NCBI GenBank assembly: GCA_000165425.1 | Contig: CT868185.1 | Location: forward strand, 124,001-188,000 | Length of the DNA: 64,000 nucleotides | Direction: 5' to 3' | DNA from: Paramecium tetraurelia | Lineage: Eukaryota | In this document: positions 52,007-64,000 of the stretch, piece by piece | How positions within the stretch are numbered: the first letter of the stretch is position 1 | How the letters are laid out: the number at the start of each line of letters is the position of its first letter | The notes under the pieces: model-generated | Told to the model about the DNA's origin: nothing | Databases searched by the model: none | What the model saw: the letters and a program-made list of their open reading frames with translations, nothing else | Program-made: the position numbers and the translations under genes

Positions 52007-53939
52007 TCATTATGCTTAATTAACAAATTTGTTCGGAACGATATCATCTTTGTCTTTTTCGTATACGATTTTCAATACTCCATTTTCAATTCCAAAGTGT
52101 TTCCACTTCCTTTCAAAGTTTTCAGGAATCCTGAAACTCAGAGTGAATTCTCCATATTTCCTCTCTTATTTCTTGATATGATCACTTTGCTCCTCTTAAT
52201 AGGGTTTCTTTCTATTGCCCTTGACGATTGTAACTACATTCTATCTATACATTTCAATATCTTCTTCATTGATTCCTGGGACATCCATATAAATAATGTA
52301 TTTATCATTAGCAATAATATCAGTAGCAGGTGCAAATGAATCAGGTCTGGCTAATATGAGTCCTGATTGATCAATATTTGTTTGAGGAATCTTCAGTTCT
52401 CCATCTTGTAAATCAGCCTCCATTTAAACAATTTTCTTAACAAATTAATTATCAGTATCAATTAATTTAACATTGACTTCCCTTTTGAAATACTGTGTAA
52501 GTTTACTAGTGGCATATTGGAGGATATTTTCACAAACAGAGAATTGTCTATTAACTGGGACAAAGACTGCCTTTAGCCAATACTTCAACAAAGAGAAGAC
52601 CCAAGGATTCACATCCAATCCCAATTGACTATCGTCACTGACTAAACAAACATGTCGTGTGTATTGTGTTTTGAACCAAAGAACATGTTTTTCTTGCAAT
52701 TCATTTATTCTTGGGTTGGTTGCTGCAATCTTAGTCCTTTAGATAGAGCCTCCAGTTGAGTAGATCTAAGTCACTTGGGTTGTCCAAACATGCTGCAATA
52801 TCTCAGCAGTTTCAATTTCCTTCAGATTGTGAACCACGATTATTTCTCTGAATGTTTTCGAACTATTTTAGATATACCTTGATAATCTGTCTAGATATCT
52901 CTGATCAAGGGATGTGAAATCATTTACAACGCAAATGAAATAATCGCTTAATTCGAACACTAGATCGATAATGAAGTGTTCAGTTGCTTCCTTTTCGACA
53001 ATGCTCATAGCTGATTGAATTTTAACTGGTGAGTAACTTCCAGCAGTATCAACTAAAATCAATTAGGTACCTGAATCGACATCGACGTGTTTAAATGAAA
53101 TTCCTTTGGTCGTAACCTTTTTCCCGGATGGCAAATTGGACTGGGTGAGGTTGTTCAAAACAAAGGTCTTACCCTTGTCGTACAATCCTACAACGGCAAC
53201 CGTAGCACCTTCCCATTTGATTTGGGCTTTAGTATCGTTATTGGCTAATCCAACCAATTCTTAATTGGCCTCGAACTGTTTGCTTATATAGACTGTCCAG
53301 CCTTATTGAACATTGTTTATGAGATCAATATCGAGGATCCAATCGTAAACTTGTGTTTCATCGATTCCTTCTTGAGTATTGTATTTGATTGGGTCGTTGA
53401 ATATGTTTTCTTGGATTTTGTCATTCAATTTGGATTACTCTTCGAAGTCGTAACTTGTGATGATGTTCGATTGAAGACTTTTGGATTCAACATTCATATT
53501 GTGATTGCTGTGATTGAATTGTAAGAATCTCCCAGTTTGACGTAAAGATCGAGTTTGCTAAAACTTCTCTGATGTCTCTAGATCTTTGGATAAGGTACTC
53601 ATTTGTTTCTGTAGACTCTCTTACTCTGTCAGTCTGTAATATATTCATGCACTTACAGAAGCTCTTCCTGATGAGTGATTTCATCTAAGATCATCATTTT
53701 GTCATCATTTCTCACACTCATCTCATAGTTAATCATTTCCATGATCTCATAAAGTTCTTTGATCGTCCGAGCATCTTTAGTCATTTTGTTAAATTATTTC
53801 AAAATCTCCTCCTCCTCTCTTTATATGTCCTTTAGCATCATCACTAGAATGGCTATTTTCTATTTAAGATAATTACTGTTACTTATGTCTTGTCTGCAAT
53901 CACTTTCCGCAATGGCACTTCCTGAAACAAAGAAGACAT
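52007..53939 (-). CDS. P-loop GTPase (TRAFAC, MMR_HSR1-like) fused to C-terminal HSP20/alpha-crystallin domain
   Basis: VAVVGLYDKGKT (G1), TTKGI (G2), ILVDTAG (G3), IIVVHNLKE; C-terminal PATDII..YIIYMDVPG..VKGNR..ERKYGEFTLSFRIP..ENGVLKI; two introns near the 5' end. Confidence 0.85.
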
Positions 53940-53989
53940 TAAGAATAAACAATTATTTTTTTAATCAAATGACAATAATAATTTATCAT

Positions 53990-54964
53990 TCATTCCAACC
54001 AATCCAACAACTCAGGAGTGAAATAAGTGATGATGATGTCAATCCCACTTCTAACAAATCCCTCCATGTATTCCAACACCACTCTCTTCAAATCGAACAA
54101 TTTCTTCTCCGCACCAGCATGTATCATTGAGTATTCCCCACTAACATGATAACAAGCAAGTAATGTATCTGGATGTCTTCTCTTTATTTCTGCAGCTATG
54201 TCTAAATAGGCAGTTATTGGTTTGACCATCACATAACCTGCCCCTTCCTTCAAATCTCTCTCAGCTGCCTACAATGCCAATTGTCGAGCCCCTGGTGGTA
54301 ATTAATATGAAGATCTATCGAACTTCTAAGGGGCTGAACAACACACATCTCTAAAAGGACCATACAATGCTGAACAAAATTTAGATGAATAAGACATAAT
54401 TGGAACTCTCAAATTTGGATGCTAGTCTAACAATTCTTTGATTGCTCTCACTCTATTGTCCATCATATCAGATGGAGCTACTATGTCAGCTCCAGCCTGT
54501 GCATAAGAAAGAGCGCACTCACTCAACCTTTTGATACTGGCTTGATTATCCAAGTATCCATCTTTTGTTAATATTCCGCAATGTCCATGAGATGTGTATG
54601 CACACAAGCAAACGTCTGTTATCAACAACAATTAGGGAAATGCTTGTTTCAATACTCTTAAAGCCTTGTGAACACAAGAATCCTTTCCCAAACCTCCTGC
54701 CATTGATCCAACATCATCCTTGTCTTCATTTCCTATCACTCCAAAAATCAGCACTGCCTTTAAGCCCTTTATCACCAAAGGTTCCAGAAACTCTTTTAAT
54801 AAATCTACAGAGTATCTATTAATATTGGGCATTGAATTTATTGGTTGCTTCTGATTCTCTCCATCAACTACAAATATTGGGTAAACTAATTAGCTCTTTC
54901 GAGGTAAACAGCTATTCCATAATTTTTAAGTTGGATGAGCGAATAGAGGATGTAATTTGTCCAT
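53990..54964 (-). CDS. ALAD: Delta-aminolevulinic acid dehydratase (porphobilinogen synthase), Zn-type
   Basis: [50 protein letters not shown]; intronless. Confidence 0.97.
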
Positions 54965-55194
54965 AAATTATTTTTATTTTTAGGTATATCAATATTTTAT
55001 ACAAGTTAATTTTAGATTTATTCAATTATGATGTGCTATTTTATGTCAACACTGTATGATATTATTTCAATTATTTCAGTATTGTCATGTTAAATAGATC
55101 AAAGGAAATGTTAAATTATATAGTAATTTTCTAATAACTTTACAAATTTATATTATCAAATAAGTTTAATATATTATAATATATGTTTGTATAT

Positions 55195-56316
55195 TCATTA
55201 CAATGATAATTTCTTACTTAGTATTGGTTTAAAAGGGATAGATTAATAATATTAGATTTAATTCGATTTCTTTTTTTTCTCTTGTCGTTGATGTTCTTAA
55301 TACAATCGATCGAATGGATTGGATTCTAATTAAAATTAAGTCACATATGAATTGTTATCCGATTATGGTTTCTTAATTAACGATTCGGATTTCTTATTCA
55401 TATGTGATATTGAATTATCTTTTACTTCTGAAACAGATTTCACACTGCTGTGATTATAGAGTCTTTCAAACACTTTCTCATTTTGTCTGCAATTACTTTA
55501 TTGGTTTATAGCAGGTGCAAATGTGCATTAATCTAATTCAATTTATTAAAGTTCTTCTTATTTCAAAACCATATTATTCATTTTCTCGAAGTGATGATTA
55601 TAAAGTCTCTCCTCTACTGAGATACCTTCCTATTATTGCAATCTCATCGGAGTGCTGATTAATTAAGGACGATAAGTAAAGGATGAATCCTCAAAGTTCC
55701 TGGGTGTCTTATTTCTTTAACTCAATGCATTTTAATAGAGTCTATCAAAGGGATTTTCAACCGATTGGTTGTTACCAATTGACTTGGTATTAATAGATGG
55801 TTTAAAAGTGCAATCCTTTAATTCCTATTTCTAATTAAGTTCTTAAACTATTTGTAATTTAATTTTAGAGTCCATGGCATAATTGTTCAATCTAATATGA
55901 GCAGGCGAACTCAACTCTAATTTTTAACTCTTCTTTGTTATTTAAGGTTTAAACGTGCACTCCTTCATAAGATGATTGATTTACTAATCTCGTTTGACTA
56001 TTTGATTCTCCTCATTCAGTATATGCTATTCATACAGATGATTTAATTAAGAACTAGACTTTGTATGTATTTCACTAACTGACATCTTCCTTTATTAACT
56101 TTCCAATGGAGATTCTTACTTTTGATCTCCATTATTATTGTTCCATATCCTCACAATACGTGCAGACAATTCAATCATTTATTCTCTGTTTAGAGTAATC
56201 AAATGCATCAGAAGAGTTTCTTCCAAAGTGCTTTTTTACATCTTGAATTATTCTTTCTGAGCCAAGAGCCCAACATTTCTGCAAAAGTTAGAAAACTCGT
56301 TCAGATATTAAACCAT
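55195..56316 (-). CDS. Hypothetical protein with CTFxP / F(D/E)RLY repeats (probable microtubule/cortical cytoskeletal protein)
   Basis: Repeats ECTFKPQI, DCTFKPSI, CTFAPAI alternating with FDRLY/FERLY; TGA 55195-55197. Confidence 0.7.
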
Positions 56317-56534
56317 AATATTTATATCAGATAATTAAGGTAAATTTATTTTATTAGCACCCTTGATACAATTGATAATTGTAGATCAATGTTCTGATGT
56401 TACATATTTGACTTAATTAATGAAATTACTAAGCACAAGAGTACTATGTATAATCATGGTTTAATTATAATTTAAATTAGCTTTATTATATATTACATAA
56501 TCATATTTAAATGTTTAGATATAATATTTACAAA

Positions 56535-57962
56535 TCAACGTAGGCTCTATCTTTTAGCTGTCATTTGTTTTAGTAGGATATAGCCTACTATCAGGTATAT
56601 TATCTCAACTATCAACCATAATATTGCATAATTGTAAATGCTATCTGTGCAACTGGTGACGGCGTTCTGAACAACAGAAATGGCTTTAAGGATTCCTTAA
56701 TTTTGAAAGCAAGTCTTATTCAATAATTATTGTGTGTATTATGCAGTTTTCTTTAGTCCTTCTTTATTGTTTAATCCATACTAGAATACAAATTATGACA
56801 AGATGACAACTATTGCCATTACAACTCCTAAGATGACTATACTTTTTTCAAGTATTTCATTCAACTTAACTTTGTAGGTCACTTTCAATAGGTTGATGTT
56901 CTTAGATTTTAATTTTGATTTGAATTGAATTCCTAGTTTGATAACAGCAAAAAATATAAATCCAATAGTGAATAGAATGAATGAGAAATAGCACACCACA
57001 AGTTCAAAAACCTAGATGAAAAGACAAGAAATATAGCATTATGAAAATTTATATCTTATAGCTTATTGGCATTCTTCGCCTTGATTAACATAGAGTTTTC
57101 TTAAGACATAGATTTTCATAGGGTCATCATCGTTATGATATTTCTCATAATAAGGTAAATTGGAAGTGAAGATATTGTTTTCGTTGATCAGCTAACCATG
57201 GGTTGTTTCAGCCAACATGATTGCATCATCCTTCCAAGTGGAATAGCGATCACAGCCAATGTATTGAATAGTAGAAAATGGATATGACAATTTAGATTAT
57301 TTGTTTGGGCCTAGGGCTGTGTTGAAACATGGTTTATCTGGAGCAATAATTAGTTTGTAAAAGTCTCCTGCTAGAATATCTTCTTTTCTGGAGAAGGCAT
57401 ATTTAGAATCCATAAATTTAACACCATCTTCATGGAGATCGACTTCTTGGGCATTGTTTAATCCATTCTTACCGTTGGAATCCTCATATTGAATGCAATA
57501 TTATCTGCCATCCAAGGTATACAGTTTCTGTTAGGCTGTTGTGTCCACATATTTGCAAGGTTTCAAACATTGTTGATTGGAGGTTTGCATGTTAGGACAA
57601 ATGCAGCCTCGGTTTGTTCCAGGAAAATAACCGAGAGATGACATGCATGTGTCACTCTCAGACTTTTCAGCAATATTGGTTATTACTTACTAAGTTACTT
57701 ATTTTTATAAGACTTTAATAACTGTGTAAGCAGAATTCAAATCTTCATAAAACTTATCAACTGGCAATTCTTGCATTATGAGGTAGCCAAAAATAAATGA
57801 AATGATCAAATTAATTAGTGTTAAATGTACAATATGATTATTGTTTTTAAGTTTTTGTTATTAATTCATAGCTCCGATGATGGCTATTCTTTGATTCTTT
57901 AGAGTTTGAAATAAGGTTTAATCTTCAAAAGGGTTATCCTGATAATTGATTGTTTGAATCAT
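56535..57962 (-). CDS. Multi-pass membrane protein with Cys-rich extracellular loop
   Basis: N-terminal TM, Cys-rich segment (FPGTNRGCICP..CLKPC), then several hydrophobic C-terminal helices. Confidence 0.7.
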
Positions 57963-58015
57963 AAGATAATAATAATTATATTTTATTTTATATGTTTTGA
58001 TACTCAATTGATTCA

Positions 58016-59026
58016 TCATTTAAACAGAACCAAAATGCAAGTCATATTATCACAACCAGTACCCACTAGAAAATAGTGTTTAATATTTACATGAGGTATC
58101 TTTAGCCAACAATTAATCAAGCAATTTTTCAGTAGCCTTCTACAGATTTTGACTAGATTTCAATTCCTAATTAACAAAATTAAGTATTTATTGATGATCC
58201 CATGTTTCAAACACTCCATCACATCCCATTAATAAGAACCTGATGAATAATGAATGGATATTAATTACTTATCGGAAGCAGTCAATTGTGTTACTTTAAC
58301 ATCAGGTAATGCACTGATAATCTATTCTTCAGGCTTAAATCTGCTATCTTTTTTGTACTCCAAATCTCCCAAAGCTCTTGATAACGAAAGGTTTCCTAAA
58401 ATATTGTTATATGTCAAACCGTTAGCACGACCATCAGAAACGAAACCTCCAGCTCTTTCAATTCTCTTTTTCTCTTAATCGTCATCTGGCTTGTGATCTT
58501 TACTCATGTCAAATGGTTTTCCATCTCTATTTAAAAATGACCTTGAATCTCCTGCATTGGCAACATACAAAGTTTTGCCAACAATCAATGCAACATTAGC
58601 AGTGCATCCAGCCAAAGATGCTAAAGATTTGGAAATAAATTACTTTCATCATTTACTCCTCTTATTTTATTCAACTCATCCTAACCAGAAGGCTCTTATA
58701 ACATTTTATCAATTTTGAAAAATGTCTCTGTCAATGCCTTCTCATAATTTTTTTATTGATAGTTTTTATTCTTCATCAATTCTTCTCTGAAATGTCTTTC
58801 TGCAAATATTGCTACTTCACTTCCTCCGTGACCATCGAAAACAGCGAACAAATGGACATCTGGCTCGATGTTCATGTCTGAAATGTGGGCATCCTCCATT
58901 GTATTTCTCCATCCTAAGTTAATCACACTTCATACCTTGCATGTGAGTGGCAGCATATTGGAAAACCTAATTTTAGCCTGTAACTGTAGACTTCTCTGTT
59001 TTTGGTTGGCTTAGATACGGTCCCAT
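58016..59026 (-). CDS. Protein phosphatase 2C (PPM family), N-myristoylated type
   Basis: [64 protein letters not shown]. Confidence 0.96.
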
Positions 59027-59062
59027 TTAGACTTTATTATTTAAAATAGATATTTATTAATA

Positions 59063-60421
59063 ATGTTCATTATTGCATATGCTCTTTAACTCAATATCTA
59101 TTTAGGCAAAATTTAAGATCCACTCATCCTCCCCAATCACACTGGCATGCTCGTTGACATATTTTAAGATGTCATCGACTCCTTTAAAACTCGCAGAAAT
59201 GAACAAGTAGATTTGCTCTATGTGGATCAACCTGATTAAGCCAATATAACTTTTAACTTTATAAGAAATTATAATTAAGAAAAGAGCATTGTTCTCACTT
59301 AAGACGCAATTCAATTGGACTACTCCCAATATGATGTATTTCCTATGAGTTATGCAAGCAGTTGTCAAAACCAATACTTACAGAAAATTATATTTTTATT
59401 TATCCCAGTCTTGTCGTTACACTTTTCTCTAGGATTGTATGGGAACTCTTTTTCAATTACATCATCATTATTTTCCCTTGGATTATGATCTATGCAAATT
59501 TTATGATTTTCTTCCTTTCCAAACAAAAGTACAAAACCTACTCCAAAAAAATACGAGTATCACTTCAAATTCTTGTTGGCAATCAAGAAACCAATCAGTA
59601 TCATTATACTTAATCAAATAGATCTACCCTAATACTGAAAATCATGTTTATCATAATCACCTTCTTGATAAGCGCCATCATATTCATCGACTTTATTTAC
59701 GTTGTTGGAAATGCAATCCAGAGACAAAATTTTAATTCACTTAATGATCTGGCCATGAATCAATTTCAATTATGCTCTGTCAAAAATGATAGATTCGTCT
59801 CTGACATGATTTAACGTTATCGTGACATCAGCTACCAAGAAAAAGACAACATCCAATAATGCATTGACGTACTTCATTCCATCAAATATACAAGACGCTC
59901 TTTAAAAATGAAGATGCTGTCATCTTTATAAGCGAGTTCTAATATGGACTCTTTCTCAAGAACTACCCAGAATACACCTACTTAAAGTACTAGTTAAAGT
60001 ACAACTCTTATAGAAGCTATCAATTGCTATTTAATTCAACTATTGATTTCAATATACGGAAAGTACCATTACAATTTCACAATAGGACATCAATGCATCC
60101 ATCGATTAATTGTGGCCTTAGAAATATGATCTGGATGTCCGGAATAAATATTTGGTCTAGTTAGTCTATGTTAAATCTGCAGTCGTTTCCTTAATCTTTA
60201 CGAATAAGACCTTTCTAACTACGAGCATCATGATTTCGATCACTTCCATCCTCTTAATTTAAATATCAATTGTTCGAAAACAATGCCGATTATGTCGCAA
60301 AAAATTACCCTTCCCATTCATATCCCATAAAGCCAAAGTAATACGCTCCAAAGAAAATAAAACCAATATGAATGATTCACAAGTATTTATAACAGGGATT
60401 CTAGAAGAATTAAATAATTGA
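59063..60421 (+). CDS. Divergent ionotropic glutamate receptor-like membrane protein lacking an amino-terminal domain
   Basis: With three introns (59336-59361, about 59869-59894, about 60063-60085) the order is S1-like, YDLSKPIL, M1, pore-like segment, M3, NSLNDL, S2-like, M4. Confidence 0.6.
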
Positions 60422-60747
60422 TTATTAATTTGCTTAATTTAATATTTTTAAAATTATTATAAATATATTACCACTCTGGTCTAATTAAACTTTTATTTAA
60501 TTTTTAAAGGAAAATATAGGCTTGATCTATACACACTATTATTAAACTAAATTATTATCTGTCCTTCATCCGCAATTATTAGAATATCAATTATTTTTAT
60601 TCAAATTTTTTCAACTTATAATGCACTTTTAGTAAATTCCTTTGCTTAATTTAATTCCTTTGCAATTTATCATCATATATCATAAAATTTAGAAATGATT
60701 ATCAATACATAAACTAAAAAATAGAAGCAATTGTTATTTATATTTAT

Positions 60748-61079
60748 TCAATTGTATCTGTAGGTTTTAGAGTTGATTTCTTTGCCCCCAACTTATGTTA
60801 TGATTTTTAGGGTAGCCTTGTCTTTTGTTTTCTGCCCAATCTAACAAGGTTTGCTAGAAGCATACTGAAACTCTTTTTTAATTAATTTTTTTTTAAATTA
60901 CAGCACCATTGTTTTGGAAGCTGCATACTTGATGTTTAATTTTAAGGATGCCTAATCATTATTATAATTATTACTTCTCTAATTTTCATTCCAATTTAGA
61001 AGACTAATTACAATAAGGCTTACTTCTGAATTTGAGAAATCTTCACATATTATCTTTTATTAGCAGATCTCTTAACCAT
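60748..61079 (-). CDS. Small HTH protein (paralog of 61585-61922)
   Basis: MVKRSANKRQYVKISQIQKQALLQLVFQIGMKIRE|ASLKLNIKYAASKTMVLQFKKK; one intron. Confidence 0.72.
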
Positions 61080-61584
61080 GGGTTGATGCGATGATAAATA
61101 TTTTTATAAATTTTATGCATCTCTGTGTAATTTAATGATAAAACAGGGTAATAAATCTTTAATTGCTTTATATTAATAAAGGAATCATTTCTTAATAAAA
61201 ATTATTTAATCATTCATTAATAAATTATAATGGAAGTATTTGATTATTGAATAAATATCATTATATATGTTATTTTAATATTTAAACTGCATCTAAATTT
61301 TTGTATATGTATTACATTAATTTGGTCAAAATCTGTCTTACACATGCAATTATTCCTTTTTAAAATGGATAAATTTGCAAAATCATTTCTCAACTAATGT
61401 TTTTTGATGATGCTTCTCTAAGGTTTTTGATCATTTGATTAAATTCATACAAAGGATATTTTTTATTATCTTTCTCTTAATTATACCAAACTTTAAAAAA
61501 TAGTGCATGTCATTTTTAAGAAAAATTATGGAGAATTATTAGGATAAAATTTTTATATATATCTCATTTATGATATTATCTCAA

Positions 61585-61922
61585 TCAATTTAGATCATAT
61601 ACTTTTTCGTTTACCTTCTCCCCACCAGTTTAAGAAACTATTTTAAACTAGCATTTTATTTATGAAACCTATTTAACAAGACAAGGCTTCATTGATAAAT
61701 ATTTAAAACACTTTCTCATTTATTTCTACCTAAATTGGAGGATGATGGTTTTAGCACTTGCATAATTTATCGATAATTTTTGGGCTGCCTTAAAAAGGTA
61801 ATATAATAGAATACCTATTTTATTTTTAACCCTTCTTGAAATACCAGAGATCTCAGGGCTTCCTTATTTGAATACGACACCTTAGCATAAGCCCTTTTTT
61901 TTTTCTGCTGCTATTTTGGCAT
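61585..61922 (-). CDS. Small HTH protein (paralog of 60748-61079)
   Basis: MPKQQQKKKRAYAKVSYSNKEALRSLVFQEGLKIKQ|AAQKLSINYASAKTIILQFRQK; intron at the same position as in the neighbour. Confidence 0.75.
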
Positions 61923-62666
61923 CTATTTTCGTTTTATTCTTTTAATTTCATAAATTCATCAAGAATAATTTTCCTATTTAAATATACAGTTCAAACATAT
62001 CTTTTTATGTAATAATTAATATATATATAGGAATGATCAAATATAAGTTAATACATAATTACTGATTCTTCCTAAATTAATATTCAGTTCAATACAGTGA
62101 ACTTTATTTAAAATATTCTTTGCTCTGTAATTTAAACTAACAAGTATTTAATAAAATTTAATTCATATCATGAACTTTAGACTTTGTTATTTTTGAATTT
62201 CAAATGATGCAACATCTAACATATAAAAAATAATTGTAATCTAATTATCTAAATTATTTTATATTACAATTTACAATGTTAAACATTTTTATAAATTTTT
62301 TATAATGCAACCATGAGATTATTTGCAATAAACTTCTTTAACTAATTTAAGAATTTAATAAATTTCTTTGCATACTTGCTTTTCAAGTAAAAATAATACA
62401 TAAAGGATTTTATGATTTTAAATATAAATATTATATATTTATGGAAATAAATTGAAAAACAGTTTGAAATACTTTATATTCTATCCGAAGTTAGTTAATT
62501 TACCTTTAAGAAGTAGATGAATAAATATCAAATACATAATTAGAACAAAATATTATTATTATATTTAATTATAAAATTCATTTATAATTAAATAACAATT
62601 AAATGGTTATTGGTTTATGTTGAATAACAATAATAATAAAATTATTAATTATTTTGTGTTCGTTAA

Positions 62667-63248
62667 ATGTTTAAGCACAAAAAATCTCCTTCACTTTTAG
62701 ATACAACAAGATAATCTATTGAGAAATACAGTTTATTAACGAGTGATGTTTCAACAATTAAAAAACCATAAATCAGTCCGATTAATTTCAAAAAGATTCG
62801 TACCCCTTCAACTCTTGTGGAACCGCTACAAAAAACTTCAAGGTAACTATCCTAACAAATTTCTTCTGGTGCTTTAAATGAAATTTTGACTATTAATTAA
62901 AAGATAGCCGCTTTGTAATAAAGGAAGTCAGTTTTGCTTTAATAATTTTAGAGAATTGAGTATTCTGATGCTCGAAAGAGTATTCGTTATAACAAGGATT
63001 TTAATAATAAGTATTTCGATAAATAAAGCATTACTTAGATGGAAAAGAATTGGACACACTATTAAGGGTAGATGGATTAATAATATAAGTTTAATGGTAA
63101 AGGGGTTTTGTACTTTAAGAATGCAAAGGTTTTTGGAGTGTTTAAAGATGGTAATTTAGAAGGAAGAGCAACAATATTCGATTCAGAGTTTAAGATTAGT
63201 GTGGGATAATATAAATAAGGAATATTATAATAAATAGAATATCATTGA
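62667..63248 (+). CDS. MORN-repeat protein
   Basis: After one intron: YQGQMDQQYKFNGKGVLYF..VFGVFKDGNLEGRA..VGQYKQG; TGA 63246-63248. Confidence 0.7.
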
Positions 63249-64000
63249 TTTTATTTTTCAGGCTCCTCTAACTCGACATATTGTAATTAATAATCGTTAT
63301 CAAATTCTTAATTATTTCCATTTAATTTTTATGAAAATTCTTGATTGTTCCTAAGGATATATTTTAATGCATCCTATGCAGCAGTTTGCTTTCTATTTCT
63401 AATTTTTTCTTCCTTAGAATATTATATATATAAATTACAATTTGCACTAATTATTGGTCCTTCTATTCTTTTTTTAAATATCGTATCATCGCATGTTTTT
63501 TGATTAAATTAATGACAATGATTTTCTAGCCGATTTGTTTAAATAGCAACTTGGCTCTTAACCTTTCATTCAAGGCCAATTTCCTAAGACATCGGATATT
63601 AGCAACTTTCTAAATATGATAATCTAAAATACTCTTTGAATTTATTCAATATTGACAAATAAGACAGGCAGAAGTACAATAAACAATTTCCAAGCCATCC
63701 ACAAAGCATATATGACATTGATGATAGCAAGCAAGATTTCAAAAAAAATGATAATTGGGGCATTTGGATCCGTATTTTGATTTTTTAGAGTTGCAATGAC
63801 TAATGCAATGTAAATAGTGCCAAAGGCAGTGAAACTCGATATTACATTAACAAAGTTTTGTCTTTTATAACCATAAGGCTAGGTGGCAAAGGAAGCTATT
63901 CCATACATCAAAACAATAATTAGACATGATTCAGCCATGTAGGTGGTGTCATAAAAGAATATTTCGATGGCAGTTTGAATTAATATCTTTTCTAAAAGTC
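63242..64000 (-). CDS. C-terminal part of a multi-pass membrane protein (5'-partial)
   Basis: Several hydrophobic helices with a TQPY motif, then a charged tail; two introns; TGA at 63242-63244. Confidence 0.7.

Noticed and set aside
5982..58718. Many antisense or off-frame ORFs in the supplied track (e.g. 5982, 14136, 45805, 53306, 54565, 58254)
   Set aside because: They are shadows of real genes on the opposite strand or in another frame, produced by using the wrong genetic code.
10747..59026. Apparent clustering of lipid-anchored proteins (CaaX, MGC, MCC, MG) with a prenyl synthase
   Set aside because: The genes are scattered among unrelated ones and such motifs are common in ciliate proteomes; no evidence of a functional cluster.
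1..64000. CRISPR arrays, prophage or defence systems, telomeric repeats, rRNA/tRNA
   Set aside because: No regularly spaced repeats, no G4T2/G3T3 tracts and no prokaryote-like gene blocks were seen.

Overview
Very AT-rich, gene-dense eukaryotic DNA that reads as a ciliate macronuclear chromosome segment, most likely Paramecium (inference). Genes are open only if TAA/TAG encode Gln and TGA is the sole stop, introns are tiny (about 21-32 nt, GT..AG), and many intergenic gaps are only tens of bp. The supplied standard-code ORF track therefore shows only fragments. I re-translated genes by eye with code 6 and tiny introns; boundaries are hand-derived and family calls rest on motif recognition, not database searches. 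About 37 protein-coding genes are supportable. Recognisable ones include OPA3, Rpn13, COMMD5, GGPP synthase, Sec61-alpha, a VPS10/sortilin receptor, an eIF2-alpha-type kinase, a PTB-like RRM protein, CCDC12, an NCS/EF-hand-PIP5K fusion, 3R-Myb, Puf6/PUM3, a RAP-domain protein, TRAPPC13, ALAD and PP2C. The most interesting items are: (1) a stand-alone histidine-phosphotransfer (HPt) protein ending in a CaaX prenylation box; (2) a highly divergent, ATD-less ionotropic-glutamate-receptor-like protein; (3) a compact MYCBP2-type RING-Cys-relay E3 ligase with both relay cysteines and an N-terminal RING/IBR-like part; (4) a P-loop GTPase fused to an HSP20 domain; (5) a large PHD/ePHD-PHD-TFIIS-M-SPOC-like chromatin reader broken by several +1 homopolymer frameshifts. 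I could not support any rRNA, tRNA, CRISPR array or intact transposon.
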